Source: Thermoplasmata archaeon
Lineage (GTDB): Archaea > Thermoplasmatota > Thermoplasmata > GCA-020350865
DNA length: 64,000 nucleotides
Direction: 5' to 3'
NCBI GenBank assembly: GCA_020348445.1
Contig: CP070751.1
Coordinates: 692,421 to 756,420, forward strand
Shown here: piece by piece, positions 17,863 to 27,292 of the stretch
Layout of the letters: each line of letters begins with the position of its first letter
Numbering within the stretch: the first letter of the stretch is position 1
The notes under the pieces: model-generated
Seen by the model: the letters and a program-made list of their open reading frames with translations, nothing else
Told to the model about the DNA's origin: nothing
Databases searched by the model: none
Position numbers and translations under genes: made by a program

Positions 17863-19023
17863 ATGGACAAGTTAAAATGTGTGGCTTTGGTTGTATCGCT
17901 TATCATGCTGAATATTGCATTAGCAGGCTGTTTTGAGGAAGAAGAAAAGAAAAAATCCATTGAAATTAAGATGGTAGGAAAGGGGCATAAGATTTACACT
18001 GGGGATTCCACCACGTACATTTTGCTAGTTACGAACAATCGCAATCAGAACGATACAGTCACACTCACTGTGGCTAGCCAGCCTACAGGATGGGTTGTGA
18101 CCCTGAACCAAACCGAGATCAACCTGTCAAAAAAGGGTTCAATGGGCATTTTTGTCATGATAAACGCCACTTCAGATGCTAAAATGGGTGATCATAAAAT
18201 CGAGGTCCATGCCACCTCCAAGTTGGATGGTAAAAAGTACTCGAAGTCATTTAAGGTAAAGGTGATCGGACCCAGTGACACAACGGCTCGTGTTGGGGAC
18301 AAGGTGGAAGTGGACTACATCGGGTATCTCACAAGTTACGAGATTTTCGATACATCCATCGAGGATATCGCAACAAATACCGCTATTAGAAAACAATTGG
18401 GCTACCCAACCCGGGGGGGTTACCAGCCCCTGAAAGTTTACGTAGGACCTGAGGATCCAGATCCGCAGGATCAATACACCAGTACAGTTGAGGGATTCTG
18501 GGAGGCTATCGAGGGTATGAGCGTGGGACAGTCACGTACGGTGATATTGCCTCCATCCAAAGCTTATGGTCAATACGAGAACGCAACATTGAACGTCACA
18601 GAGGACGTTTTCATTTTGGAAACCATGTCCTTTAGTGATTTTGACCTGAATTTCGGAGAGACCCCAAGGGAAGGTATGTTCTTAGAACATTACTTCTGGG
18701 GATGGAATGTCAGTATCGATTATGTGAACCAGACTGAAGATACCATTATAGTACGCAATGAACCGTACATAAACCAAATTGTGACCTCTTATGGATGGGA
18801 TTCTAAGGTAATATATAAGAATCAATCCGATAACGGTGGAAAAGGAAGCATTCATGTGGAGCATCACACCCAAAAAGGAGCAGAAGGAATCTATGAAAAT
18901 CACAGCGCCATCGTGAAAACAATTGAGGATGATCAAATCAAATTGGAGTACAACGTAAGCACCCACAATCTTGGTAATGAAATTCTAATATTTGACATCA
19001 CATTAATCGATATTCTCGATTAG
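17863..19023 (+). CDS. Lipoprotein-like FKBP-type peptidyl-prolyl cis-trans isomerase with N-terminal Ig-like (NEW3-like) domain
   Basis: Signal peptide ending LAGC. FKBP core GDKVEVDYIG..IFDTS..VEGFWEAIEGMSVGQSRTVILPPSKAYG, a long insert, and closing LIFDITLIDI. Confidence 0.85.
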   Translation: MDKLKCVALVVSLIMLNIALAGCFEEEEKKKSIEIKMVGKGHKIYTGDSTTYILLVTNNRNQNDTVTLTVASQPTGWVVTLNQTEINLSKKGSMGIFVMINATSDAKMGDHKIEVHATSKLDGKKYSKSFKVKVIGPSDTTARVGDKVEVDYIGYLTSYEIFDTSIEDIATNTAIRKQLGYPTRGGYQPLKVYVGPEDPDPQDQYTSTVEGFWEAIEGMSVGQSRTVILPPSKAYGQYENATLNVTEDVFILETMSFSDFDLNFGETPREGMFLEHYFWGWNVSIDYVNQTEDTIIVRNEPYINQIVTSYGWDSKVIYKNQSDNGGKGSIHVEHHTQKGAEGIYENHSAIVKTIEDDQIKLEYNVSTHNLGNEILIFDITLIDILD

Positions 19024-19152
19024 CTTTACTATCTTATCCTGCGCCAACACCCAGTTTTAAAGAGAAAACATATAGAAACTATCAAATATAATGAAGGGCT
19101 TAGGGACAGAACACCAAATTTCCAGTAACTTTCGAGAACCTGAGGTATGAGA

Positions 19153-19605
19153 ATGGTGAACGTTTATGATGTTCCCGCAGAGCAACTTGTAGGGAAGCTT
19201 GCTGAAAAGCTGAAAAGCGAAGGTAAGATCAAATCTCCTGAGTGGGCAGGTTATGTTAAGACAGGAGTGCATAGGGAAAAGGCCCCTAGCCAGGATGACT
19301 GGTGGTATCATAGGATCGCTGCTGTTCTTCGGAAAGTCTATGTAAAAGGCCCTATAGGTGTATCAAGACTGAGCTCGGAATTCGGTGGAAAGGTGGATCG
19401 CGGCTCAAAACCTTATAAAGCAAGAAAGGGAAGCAGGTCCATAACAAGAGCGGCTTTAAAACAGCTTGAAGAACAGGGGTATGTGGTGAATGAAAAGGGG
19501 AGAGGGAGGATGATATCTCCTATTGGCAGATCGCTTTTGGATAATGTTTCATATGAACTTTACAAAGAGCTGGCTAAGGATAATGTGGAACTCGCCAAAT
19601 ATTGA
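19153..19605 (+). CDS. rps19e: 30S ribosomal protein S19e
   Basis: MVNVYDVPAEQLV, PEWAGYVKTGVHREKAP, DWWYHRIAAVLRKVY, ALKQLEEQGYV; GAGGT SD before ATG 19153. Confidence 0.98.
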   Translation: MVNVYDVPAEQLVGKLAEKLKSEGKIKSPEWAGYVKTGVHREKAPSQDDWWYHRIAAVLRKVYVKGPIGVSRLSSEFGGKVDRGSKPYKARKGSRSITRAALKQLEEQGYVVNEKGRGRMISPIGRSLLDNVSYELYKELAKDNVELAKY

Positions 19606-19622
19606 CGTGGTATGTGATTACA

Positions 19623-19955
19623 ATGGAAGAAGACGAGGAATTGGAGGCCATAAGAAAAAAGAAGGTTGAGGAACTCCAATTTCAAGCCCAACAGCAAGAG
19701 GTACTTGAAGAACAACAACGTCTTATCGAAGCTGAAAGGCAGAATATCATGCGGCAGATTCTCACACCACAGGCGAGGGAGAGGCTGGGTAGACTGAAGA
19801 CGGCACGTCCCGAATTGGTCCAAAATATCGAGGATCAACTCATAGCACTGGCAAGAGCAGGTCGGGTGGCGGGTCAAATCAATGACGAGGAACTTCGTAA
19901 GCTACTTTCCAGACTCATGCCAAAAAAGAGGGAGATAAGAATCGAAAGGAGATGA
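19623..19955 (+). CDS. PDCD5-related DNA-binding protein
   Basis: [48 protein letters not shown]; conserved position between rps19e and rpl39e. Confidence 0.95.
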   Translation: MEEDEELEAIRKKKVEELQFQAQQQEVLEEQQRLIEAERQNIMRQILTPQARERLGRLKTARPELVQNIEDQLIALARAGRVAGQINDEELRKLLSRLMPKKREIRIERR

Positions 19956-19963
19956 GGTTACAT

Positions 19964-20119
19964 ATGGCAAAAAATAAACCGTATGGTAAGAAGCTGAGGC
20001 TTATTGCGGCCACAAAAAGAAATCGAAGGGTGCCCACGTGGGTGATGATGCGGACAAATAGAAAATTTGCAAGGCATCCAAAGCGTCATTCCTGGCGAAA
20101 CTCAAAGCTGAAAAGATGA
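19964..20119 (+). CDS. rpl39e: 50S ribosomal protein L39e (51 aa, absent from ORF track)
   Basis: Read from DNA: [51 protein letters not shown]. Canonical L39e motifs and gene order; GAGGT SD upstream. Confidence 0.97.
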   Translation: MAKNKPYGKKLRLIAATKRNRRVPTWVMMRTNRKFARHPKRHSWRNSKLKR

Positions 20120-20135
20120 GCATAGGGTGAAAACA

Positions 20136-20408
20136 ATGCCAGAGGAAGAAGAGGAAGAGCACATATTCACGATATCCCTATCCAAATGCAAGAACCTGCC
20201 CAGAACCAAGCGAGCAAGGATCGCCATCAAGACCATAAAAACCTATATCGGATCCCATATGAAGGTCCCAATAAATGATGTGTGGGTCGATGCCAGCGTA
20301 AACAACTGTATCTGGGCAAGGGGGATAAAAAAACCCCCATCAAAAATCCGTGTTAAGGCCATAAAATTCGAGGATGGATTGGTCGAGGTGTCTACCCTCG
20401 AGGAATGA
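20136..20408 (+). CDS. rpl31e: 50S ribosomal protein L31e
   Basis: PRTKRARIAIKTIKTYI, VWVDASVNNCIWARGIKKPPSKIRVK. Confidence 0.96.
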   Translation: MPEEEEEEHIFTISLSKCKNLPRTKRARIAIKTIKTYIGSHMKVPINDVWVDASVNNCIWARGIKKPPSKIRVKAIKFEDGLVEVSTLEE

Positions 20409-20439
20409 TTCTTTAAATTTTCAAAAAGGTAGGGTGCTT

Positions 20440-21096
20440 TTGCTTAAGAAACTTGATATCAATGGAAATCCCTATATTGGTGTATACTGCCATGCCAACG
20501 AAGAATTCGCCCTAGTACCCCATGTTTTTTCCAAGAAGATGATATCCCAGGTTGAGGAATGTTTGGATGTGGAGGTTTTTAAGACCACCTGTGCAAACTC
20601 CTCGATTATCGGGGTTCTTATGACCTCCAATTCACACGGTATGGTGGTGACGAATTTTGCTGAGGAAAAGGAACTTGAGGCTATAAAAGACAGGCTCAAC
20701 ATTCTTTACATTCCAGATATTCTCAATGCAGTTGGTAACAATATACTGGTTAATGATAAATTTGCCATGGTCCACCCCGATATCAAAAAAGGAACCTTGG
20801 AAAGAATTCAAGACACTCTGGATGTAGAAGTCATCCCAGGAAAGATCGCTGGGCAAAAAACCGTTGGCGCGCAAGGAGTTGTAACAAATCGCGGACTGTT
20901 GTGCCACCCGCATACTACAAAGAAAGAACTTGAGCTTTTGAAAAAAAGATTTGGAGTGAATGCGGATATAGGGACCGCAAACTACGGTACCCCTCTCGTC
21001 GGAGCCTGTATGATCGCCAATTCAAAAGGAGCCGTGGTTGGATCCACAACAACACCTATTGAGCTTGGGAGAATCGAAGAAGCTCTTGAATTGTAG
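20440..21096 (+). CDS. eif6: Translation initiation factor 6 (aIF6)
   Basis: LDINGNPYIGVY, AVGNNILVND, GTANYGTPLVGACMIANSKGAVVGSTTTPIELGRIEEAL. Probable TTG start at 20440 (GTG 20434 is an alternative). Confidence 0.96.
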   Translation: MLKKLDINGNPYIGVYCHANEEFALVPHVFSKKMISQVEECLDVEVFKTTCANSSIIGVLMTSNSHGMVVTNFAEEKELEAIKDRLNILYIPDILNAVGNNILVNDKFAMVHPDIKKGTLERIQDTLDVEVIPGKIAGQKTVGAQGVVTNRGLLCHPHTTKKELELLKKRFGVNADIGTANYGTPLVGACMIANSKGAVVGSTTTPIELGRIEEALEL

Positions 21097-21108
21097 GGGT
21101 AAATATCT

Positions 21109-21747
21109 TCACAATGTAAATACCCAGATCTCCAGCTCTTCTGGTAGGTCCTCTTTTTCGAAGTCCATCTCGTTTCCCACTCTTATCACCCTATTTTCGT
21201 TTATATCTTGTAGAAAAGGCTCCACAGGTTTTATGGAAAGCGAAAGTCCTCCCACCCTATAATGCATTGGAATCGCTACATTTGGCGAAAGGGCCGAAAC
21301 GACCTTCCACGCCTCTTTTGGTCCGATTGTAAAAACATTTCCCACAGGAACGAATACAATATCGATTTTACCGAGCTTCCTAATAACTTCTTCATCCAAA
21401 AGATGTCCCAAATCACCGAGGTGGCATAGATTAATGCCATCTACAACGAATTTAAAAAGCAGGTTTTCACCGCGTTTATTTCCTTTGGAATCGTCGTGAT
21501 AGACCTTGATGCTTTTTATTGAAACACCATTTTTCGTTGTGTCCATTTCCTTATTTAAAATATTTGTTTTGCGCCCTTCTACTGCTTTAGGATGGTTATG
21601 ATCAAAATGATTGTGGCTGATTAATACTATATCTGCTTTCGTGTGTGGTGGTTTAATACCAATGGATTTTCCATCATGTGGATCTGTTACTATCGTCACA
21701 CCGTCGCCTATTTCAAAACATGCATGACCGTGCCACCGAATTTTTAT
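21109..21747 (-). CDS. MBL-fold metallo-hydrolase (Lactamase_B_3-like), probable non-canonical ATA start
   Basis: HxHxDH motif (SHNHFDH), HLGDLG, IPMHY. The conserved N-terminus (I)KIRWHGHACFEI lies in frame upstream of the track start 21699 with no ATG; GGGGGGAG precedes ATA 21747. Confidence 0.88.
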   Translation of the reverse strand: MKIRWHGHACFEIGDGVTIVTDPHDGKSIGIKPPHTKADIVLISHNHFDHNHPKAVEGRKTNILNKEMDTTKNGVSIKSIKVYHDDSKGNKRGENLLFKFVVDGINLCHLGDLGHLLDEEVIRKLGKIDIVFVPVGNVFTIGPKEAWKVVSALSPNVAIPMHYRVGGLSLSIKPVEPFLQDINENRVIRVGNEMDFEKEDLPEELEIWVFTL

Positions 21748-22144
21748 AGGGCTCCCCCCGATTATTTCATGTAACGTTTTATTGGTATATAATTTCTGCG
21801 ATGATAGTCATACAATTTTTTAATATCATTGTCATGATAGTATACGGGATTTTTTTGATATTTTTATGATATATTTTGGAGAATAGTAAAGCGAGCTTTT
21901 TTTCTGTTTTGATGTTAAAATATAGAAAATTCCCCAAAATTATTTGAAACATTCAGAACAAAACCTATATGTTTATATACCACAAGATACCTAAAACGTA
22001 TGAGATACTAAATCGAATTTGACGCTATTCGTCGTTTAATCCCGAAAAAATCGAGAAAAAAGAAAATAACGGACCAAATATTGGTATGCATTTCAAGGGG
22101 ATTGGGCGGTTTTACATAAAGCCGCTTAAATAGAGGCGAAAGAG

Positions 22145-25132
22145 ATGAAGAAAAAGGAACGTATGAGAGGCAATCATCCTATTCTCAGCAAGAGCTGTAG
22201 TTACTCTCACATTCCTTTACCTTGCTTATCAATAAGTAAACCGAAAATAAAACGTGTGGTTGCTTTATTGGTATTTTATATATTAATCTTCCCAGCTATA
22301 TTTCAATTTCAAACATTTGTGAGGGCTGATATTGAACCAACTATCACTGCCTCTGAAATTGATCCTGGGGAATTAACTGCTACATGGACCTTTGATTATC
22401 CAGATGCTTTCAATACAACAGAAACAGTCATTGCAAACAGTGAGGCAGTTTTAAAAACCTACGATTACCAATGGAATCAAAGCACTCAAAACGATTTTAC
22501 CCAAGGTGATTTGGATAATATTGTCGTCACCCAGAAACCTTTTGTAAAGCGTGTATATTCAGATGACTTCGAGTCCGGAAGTTGGGGTTGGGTGCACGGT
22601 ATATTGGATACAGGAAAGGACCATTGGGAGCTCGGTCATGTATCATATATACCTGGATTCATCGGCCCAAGGGATTCGGGCAGCTTTGTGTGGGGTACTA
22701 AATTGGACGGTAAATACGATGATGACACAGGTGTTCCCAGTGATTGTTTTTTACAATCCCCTTCCATTGACTTAAGCGATTCTGAAGAAACTAAGATGAC
22801 GTTTTGGCATTACTATGATTTTGAGAATGAAACTGTTTGGAATGATGGGGGTAGAGTCGAGATATCTGTGGATAATGGTGTGTCCTGGATACCCAAATTT
22901 CCCTTTGGAGGGGGATACCCGGATATTATAGTAAGTGAAGACAATCGCCTTCATGGGGAATGGTGTTTTGTTGGAAACAGCACAGCCTGGATCCAGGAGA
23001 CTTTTGATTTATCTTCATATGATGGAAAAGAGAGTCTAAAGATCAGGTTCCATTTTGCAACAGATGGTGTCATTTCTGCATATGGCTGGTACATTGATGA
23101 AATTGAAATCACCAGCACCACATATGGTGATGGAGAGTTAGAGCTTACTCCAAGGAGTGTGGAGATTGGTGTCGAGTCAGCGAACAGCATCCAGCGACCG
23201 CCGTTTGAAACAGTGATCGACATAAACAATCCTGCCAATGTGGATGGTGTACTGACTGAATGGTGGGTTCATATAACAAGTACCACTTTGAATGCAAAAG
23301 GTAAAATGAAGATATTTAGACCAAAAGGAGACAAGATTGTATTTGTAAATGAAACAGGATTTGTTGATATCTCTGTTGGAAGAAATGAATTTACATGTTA
23401 CATCGAAATCAGGGCTGGCGATTACATTGGTTGGTATGGAGAAGATGCATCGATATATGCAAAATCCGAGGGAGTGGCATATTCCATGCCGCAAGATATA
23501 TCCCAAAATCATTCAATGTCCAACTGGACCAAGACCACCTTAACTAATACATATTCAATAGGTGCAAGGGGCGCATCAAGGTTTCCTGTTGGCACTATAA
23601 TATCTCAGCCTTTTGATGCTGAGTCACCTGCCATGTGGGAGGAAATCAGGTGGAGTGAGACCTTACCTGTGGATGAGGTGGATATCTTTATCCAAACAAG
23701 ATCTGGGAATTCCTCTGATCCAGATGACGGCACCTGGAACCCATGGTCATCCCAACTTTCAAATCCCAACAGTTCGTCCATAAGGTCGTCAGATGCCCAG
23801 TACATACAATTTAAAGCTACCCTCAGCACAACAAAACAACCCTTCACCCCGACACTTTCCAGTGTCTCTGTTCTTTATGGTAAGTATTCAACCTACGGAG
23901 ATATAGAAACAAGCGATTTTGTCCCAGAGTTTGTGGTTCAATGGCAGGATTTCACTGTGGATGAAAGCCACAATGAGTTGATACAGGAAATTGATTATTT
24001 TTATTCCATTGATTCAGGGGAAAATTGGGATTCAGTTCCCGATGATGGTGATTTACGCTTCGTGAGTGTCCTTGAGGGAAAAATCCGTTTTAAAATGAAC
24101 CTCTCCACAGGTGATACAACATTATCACCGATAATCAGGGAGATGGGCATTTCATACACATCCAACAGGCCAGATATGGGATTGTATATAGCGTCTGATA
24201 AGGAGACTGCCAAACCCGGTGATATGGTATCGTTTTCAATTTTCTATGAAAATATGGGTGAGAGCAATGCCCAGGGAGTGAGCATAGCCCTGGAACTGGA
24301 CGACAACCTGACCTATAGAGGTGATAACAGCATTGTTCAACCCACTGTAGAAGAGGGCAATGTGATAAGATGGGACTTTTTATCCTTGGAACCTCCTCTA
24401 AACAGAACACTTTTGGTGGATACCAAGGTTAAAGACGATATTAACAAAGAAACAGTCATCGTGGTCAGGGCGGTTTTAAATTACTCTGACATAGGCGGAA
24501 ATCAATATGATAAAGTGTTTTCCAATGTCATAGTTATAAATATAAAAATAAGTCAGGCCTGGTATTCTGATTATCTGTATGTGAGTGCCGTTATAATAGT
24601 GATACTGATTGCTGCCATGATTTTGGTATTCCGCAGGTACAAATCCCTGAGGGATAGTGAGATAAAGATCAATTACAAGGATGTGGGTAATGGGATAGGA
24701 TATTTGGTCATGGAGGAGAATCCAACTATAAGCTACGGTATTTTCTCTGATCTCATTGATGAAGGGCATTCCGGATTGTGTATAACCAGGACTTTTCCCC
24801 AAAGGGTAAAAGCCAGCTATTACTTTGAAGGGGTCTCGATTCTATGGCTGAGCAGATCTAGGGATAAAAACAGCATTCTGCCCACTAACCTCGGTGGGGT
24901 TCTTAACTATGTCAAGGACTTCATGGAAGAGAATGAAAATCCTGTAATTCTGTTGGATGGATTGGAATATCTCATGGTGCATAACGACTTTCAAAGGGTG
25001 CTCAAATTGGTACATGGTCTAAACGAACTTGTAGCCATATATGATGCAAAGTTACTGATGCCCTTAAATCCCCTTACAATGGATGTGGACAAGGTGGCTC
25101 TCTTTAAAAGGGATTCGAAGATATTGGGTTGA
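22145..25132 (+). CDS. Receptor-like membrane protein: large extracellular beta-sandwich region (MAM/immune-inhibitor-A-like and DUF11-like), one TM, cytoplasmic DUF835 domain
   Basis: LQSPSIDLS..FWHYYDFE..DGGRVEIS..GWYIDEI; KETAKPGDMVSFSIFYEN; TM YLYVSAVIIVILIAAMILVFRR; GLCITR..SILWLS..VILLDGLEYLMVHNDF. Confidence 0.82.
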   Translation: MKKKERMRGNHPILSKSCSYSHIPLPCLSISKPKIKRVVALLVFYILIFPAIFQFQTFVRADIEPTITASEIDPGELTATWTFDYPDAFNTTETVIANSEAVLKTYDYQWNQSTQNDFTQGDLDNIVVTQKPFVKRVYSDDFESGSWGWVHGILDTGKDHWELGHVSYIPGFIGPRDSGSFVWGTKLDGKYDDDTGVPSDCFLQSPSIDLSDSEETKMTFWHYYDFENETVWNDGGRVEISVDNGVSWIPKFPFGGGYPDIIVSEDNRLHGEWCFVGNSTAWIQETFDLSSYDGKESLKIRFHFATDGVISAYGWYIDEIEITSTTYGDGELELTPRSVEIGVESANSIQRPPFETVIDINNPANVDGVLTEWWVHITSTTLNAKGKMKIFRPKGDKIVFVNETGFVDISVGRNEFTCYIEIRAGDYIGWYGEDASIYAKSEGVAYSMPQDISQNHSMSNWTKTTLTNTYSIGARGASRFPVGTIISQPFDAESPAMWEEIRWSETLPVDEVDIFIQTRSGNSSDPDDGTWNPWSSQLSNPNSSSIRSSDAQYIQFKATLSTTKQPFTPTLSSVSVLYGKYSTYGDIETSDFVPEFVVQWQDFTVDESHNELIQEIDYFYSIDSGENWDSVPDDGDLRFVSVLEGKIRFKMNLSTGDTTLSPIIREMGISYTSNRPDMGLYIASDKETAKPGDMVSFSIFYENMGESNAQGVSIALELDDNLTYRGDNSIVQPTVEEGNVIRWDFLSLEPPLNRTLLVDTKVKDDINKETVIVVRAVLNYSDIGGNQYDKVFSNVIVINIKISQAWYSDYLYVSAVIIVILIAAMILVFRRYKSLRDSEIKINYKDVGNGIGYLVMEENPTISYGIFSDLIDEGHSGLCITRTFPQRVKASYYFEGVSILWLSRSRDKNSILPTNLGGVLNYVKDFMEENENPVILLDGLEYLMVHNDFQRVLKLVHGLNELVAIYDAKLLMPLNPLTMDVDKVALFKRDSKILG

Positions 25133-25251
25133 GAAAGTCTTATGAAATGCATTTTAGAGATGGAGTTCTCGTGTATAAGACTTTATTGTGAGCCAAGTTT
25201 TTTTGTGGGTATGGGGAACCTTAAAATAACCCAAACTCTGTGTGGGAAAAC

Positions 25252-25872
25252 ATGGCCGATTTGAAGAGAGGAGTATTGATCACCATCGAGGGTATTGACG
25301 GTGTGGGCAAGACCACTCAGACCAAATTGCTTACCGAGTATCTGAGGGAAAAGGATTACCGGGTTGTGCAGCTTCGGGAGCCTACAGACGGTTTTTGGGG
25401 CAAGAAGATCAAGAACCTGACTAAACATGGCAGGACTGCTTCTCCAAAGGAAGAGTGCCAGTGGTTCCTAAATGACAGAAAGGAGGATGTAGAAAAAAAT
25501 ATCAATCCTGCATTATCCCAGGGAAAAATCGTGATCATGGACAGGTATTACTATTCCACAATTGCCTATCAGGGTGCATTGGGTCTTAACACAGAGAAAA
25601 TAAGGGAAGAAAACGAGAAGTTCGCGCCAAAACCCGATATGGTGATAATCCTGGATGCCCCTCCCAAGGTAGGATTGGATAGGATAACAGACAAAAGAAA
25701 AGAAGAATTGAACTATTTCGAGACACTTGAGTACCAGGAAAAGGTCAGAGCGCTTTTTTTGAGTATGAAAAATTATGACAATGTGAGGATATTGGATGGG
25801 AGCAAGAATGTGGAGGAGATTCAGGGGGATATCAGGAGGGTGGTGGAGGAGTTGATCAATATTATTGGATGA
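25252..25872 (+). CDS. tmk: Thymidylate (dTMP) kinase
   Basis: P-loop IEGIDGVGKTT, LREP, VIMDRYYYSTIAYQG, PKPD..IILD. Confidence 0.95.
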   Translation: MADLKRGVLITIEGIDGVGKTTQTKLLTEYLREKDYRVVQLREPTDGFWGKKIKNLTKHGRTASPKEECQWFLNDRKEDVEKNINPALSQGKIVIMDRYYYSTIAYQGALGLNTEKIREENEKFAPKPDMVIILDAPPKVGLDRITDKRKEELNYFETLEYQEKVRALFLSMKNYDNVRILDGSKNVEEIQGDIRRVVEELINIIG

Positions 25873-25925
25873 TGGAAATTCAAATTTTTGATAAATCTCA
25901 TTTTAATTAAGCAACTTCTATGATA

Positions 25926-26528
25926 TCATTTCTTTTTAATTATTATAAGTACCAGGTAGACAAGAGGGACAGAAACAAATATGAAAATCGGCATATATTT
26001 GGATTGTGTATCGGGTTTAGGAAGTTCATATTGTAGGGTTTGAATAGATACAGATTTATTAATAATAGTTACAGTAATCTCACCACTCCATATTGAAATA
26101 GTGCCACTTGTAGCGCCCTTTTCCCATATTCCGTTCCAGTGAATAATGTATGACAAATTTGTGTTATTTTCTAAGTTACTTGAAATATGGATCCTTTGTA
26201 CAACTTTTTTTCTTTCTCCAGGCCCAATAAAAAAGTGGGAGTTACTGAATTCTGTTTCAGGTTCGCTTTGCACTGTAACTTCAAAGGTTAGAAATGTTTC
26301 ATTATTGTAAACTGTCCAATTAAATATTGCATCCTCCTTAGGTGAAACATACTTATGCACACTATCTACAACAACCTCCAGCTTTGGCTGCCTTATAATG
26401 TCTCCAATAACCAGAGGATTCAATATCAAGAAAACTATAAGAAGAATTATCACTCCTCTAAAACTATTGGATATTTGTTTTTTATTTACTACAAATTTGT
26501 TATGGGTATCCCCTCCAAGCGATTTCAT
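25926..26528 (-). CDS. Small secreted Ig-like protein with C-terminal TM helix; paralog of the neighbouring gene
   Basis: Signal-like GVIILLIVFLILNPLVIG, a 110-aa domain colinear with 26636..27232, and C-terminal YMPIFIFVSVPLVYLVLIIIKKK. Confidence 0.75.
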   Translation of the reverse strand: MKSLGGDTHNKFVVNKKQISNSFRGVIILLIVFLILNPLVIGDIIRQPKLEVVVDSVHKYVSPKEDAIFNWTVYNNETFLTFEVTVQSEPETEFSNSHFFIGPGERKKVVQRIHISSNLENNTNLSYIIHWNGIWEKGATSGTISIWSGEITVTIINKSVSIQTLQYELPKPDTQSKYMPIFIFVSVPLVYLVLIIIKKK

Positions 26529-26635
26529 TTAATCACAAGGATACTATGTCTTAGGACTCAGATAAATAGTTTGGAGTGACATTTTGACAGTCAAAAATAT
26601 AGACCAAAAATGCTTTAAGAATCAATATATTTATT

Positions 26636-27232
26636 TCAGTCACGAGATTTTCTTCGTTTTTTTCTCAATATAATTAGAATAACAAAAATAGCAGCTAACA
26701 AAAAAATCGGTTCAAAGCCTGGTGTAGAGCCACCACCGTTATCATCATCTTCACCATTTTCAGCACCACTATTTCCATTTTCGTCGAGATTTGTATTGTT
26801 AATTACGGTAACACTTACAACTCCTTCGATGGGTACGATAGTCCCGCTGCTCATACCTCGATACCATGTTCCTTCCCATTTTACATGACGGAAATAATAT
26901 GTGTTATTTTCATCACTTGGCGAAGTCTCAATGGTTTGGGTGATGGTATGAGATTCGCCAGGTTCAAGTGTGAATGTGGATTCACTAAATTCTAAGGGCT
27001 CCTCGCTGGAAACAGATAAATCATAAGATGTTAAAGTGTCATTATTGTACGCAGTCCATAAAAATACAGCATCTTCTCCAGGTGAAACTTCCTTAGATGT
27101 GCTATCCACAACAATCTCTAAATTCCCATCAGGTGCCATAACTGGCATTGATAATATGTTCAACACCAGAAATAAGGTTATCATGAAAATAATAGTAGAT
27201 CTACCTTTTGTCCCTTCCATGAAATGCACCAT
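26636..27232 (-). CDS. Small secreted Ig-like protein with PGF-CTERM archaeosortase sorting signal
   Basis: Signal peptide, acidic Gly linker, then TPGFEPIFLLAAIFVILIILRKKRRK (PGF + TM + basic cluster). Confidence 0.85.
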   Translation of the reverse strand: MVHFMEGTKGRSTIIFMITLFLVLNILSMPVMAPDGNLEIVVDSTSKEVSPGEDAVFLWTAYNNDTLTSYDLSVSSEEPLEFSESTFTLEPGESHTITQTIETSPSDENNTYYFRHVKWEGTWYRGMSSGTIVPIEGVVSVTVINNTNLDENGNSGAENGEDDDNGGGSTPGFEPIFLLAAIFVILIILRKKRRKSRD

Positions 27233-27292
27233 CTAAGATTATGTGATTTAGTATATATATATTGTTTGGGGCGCAATTTTGACCAAGTAAAC

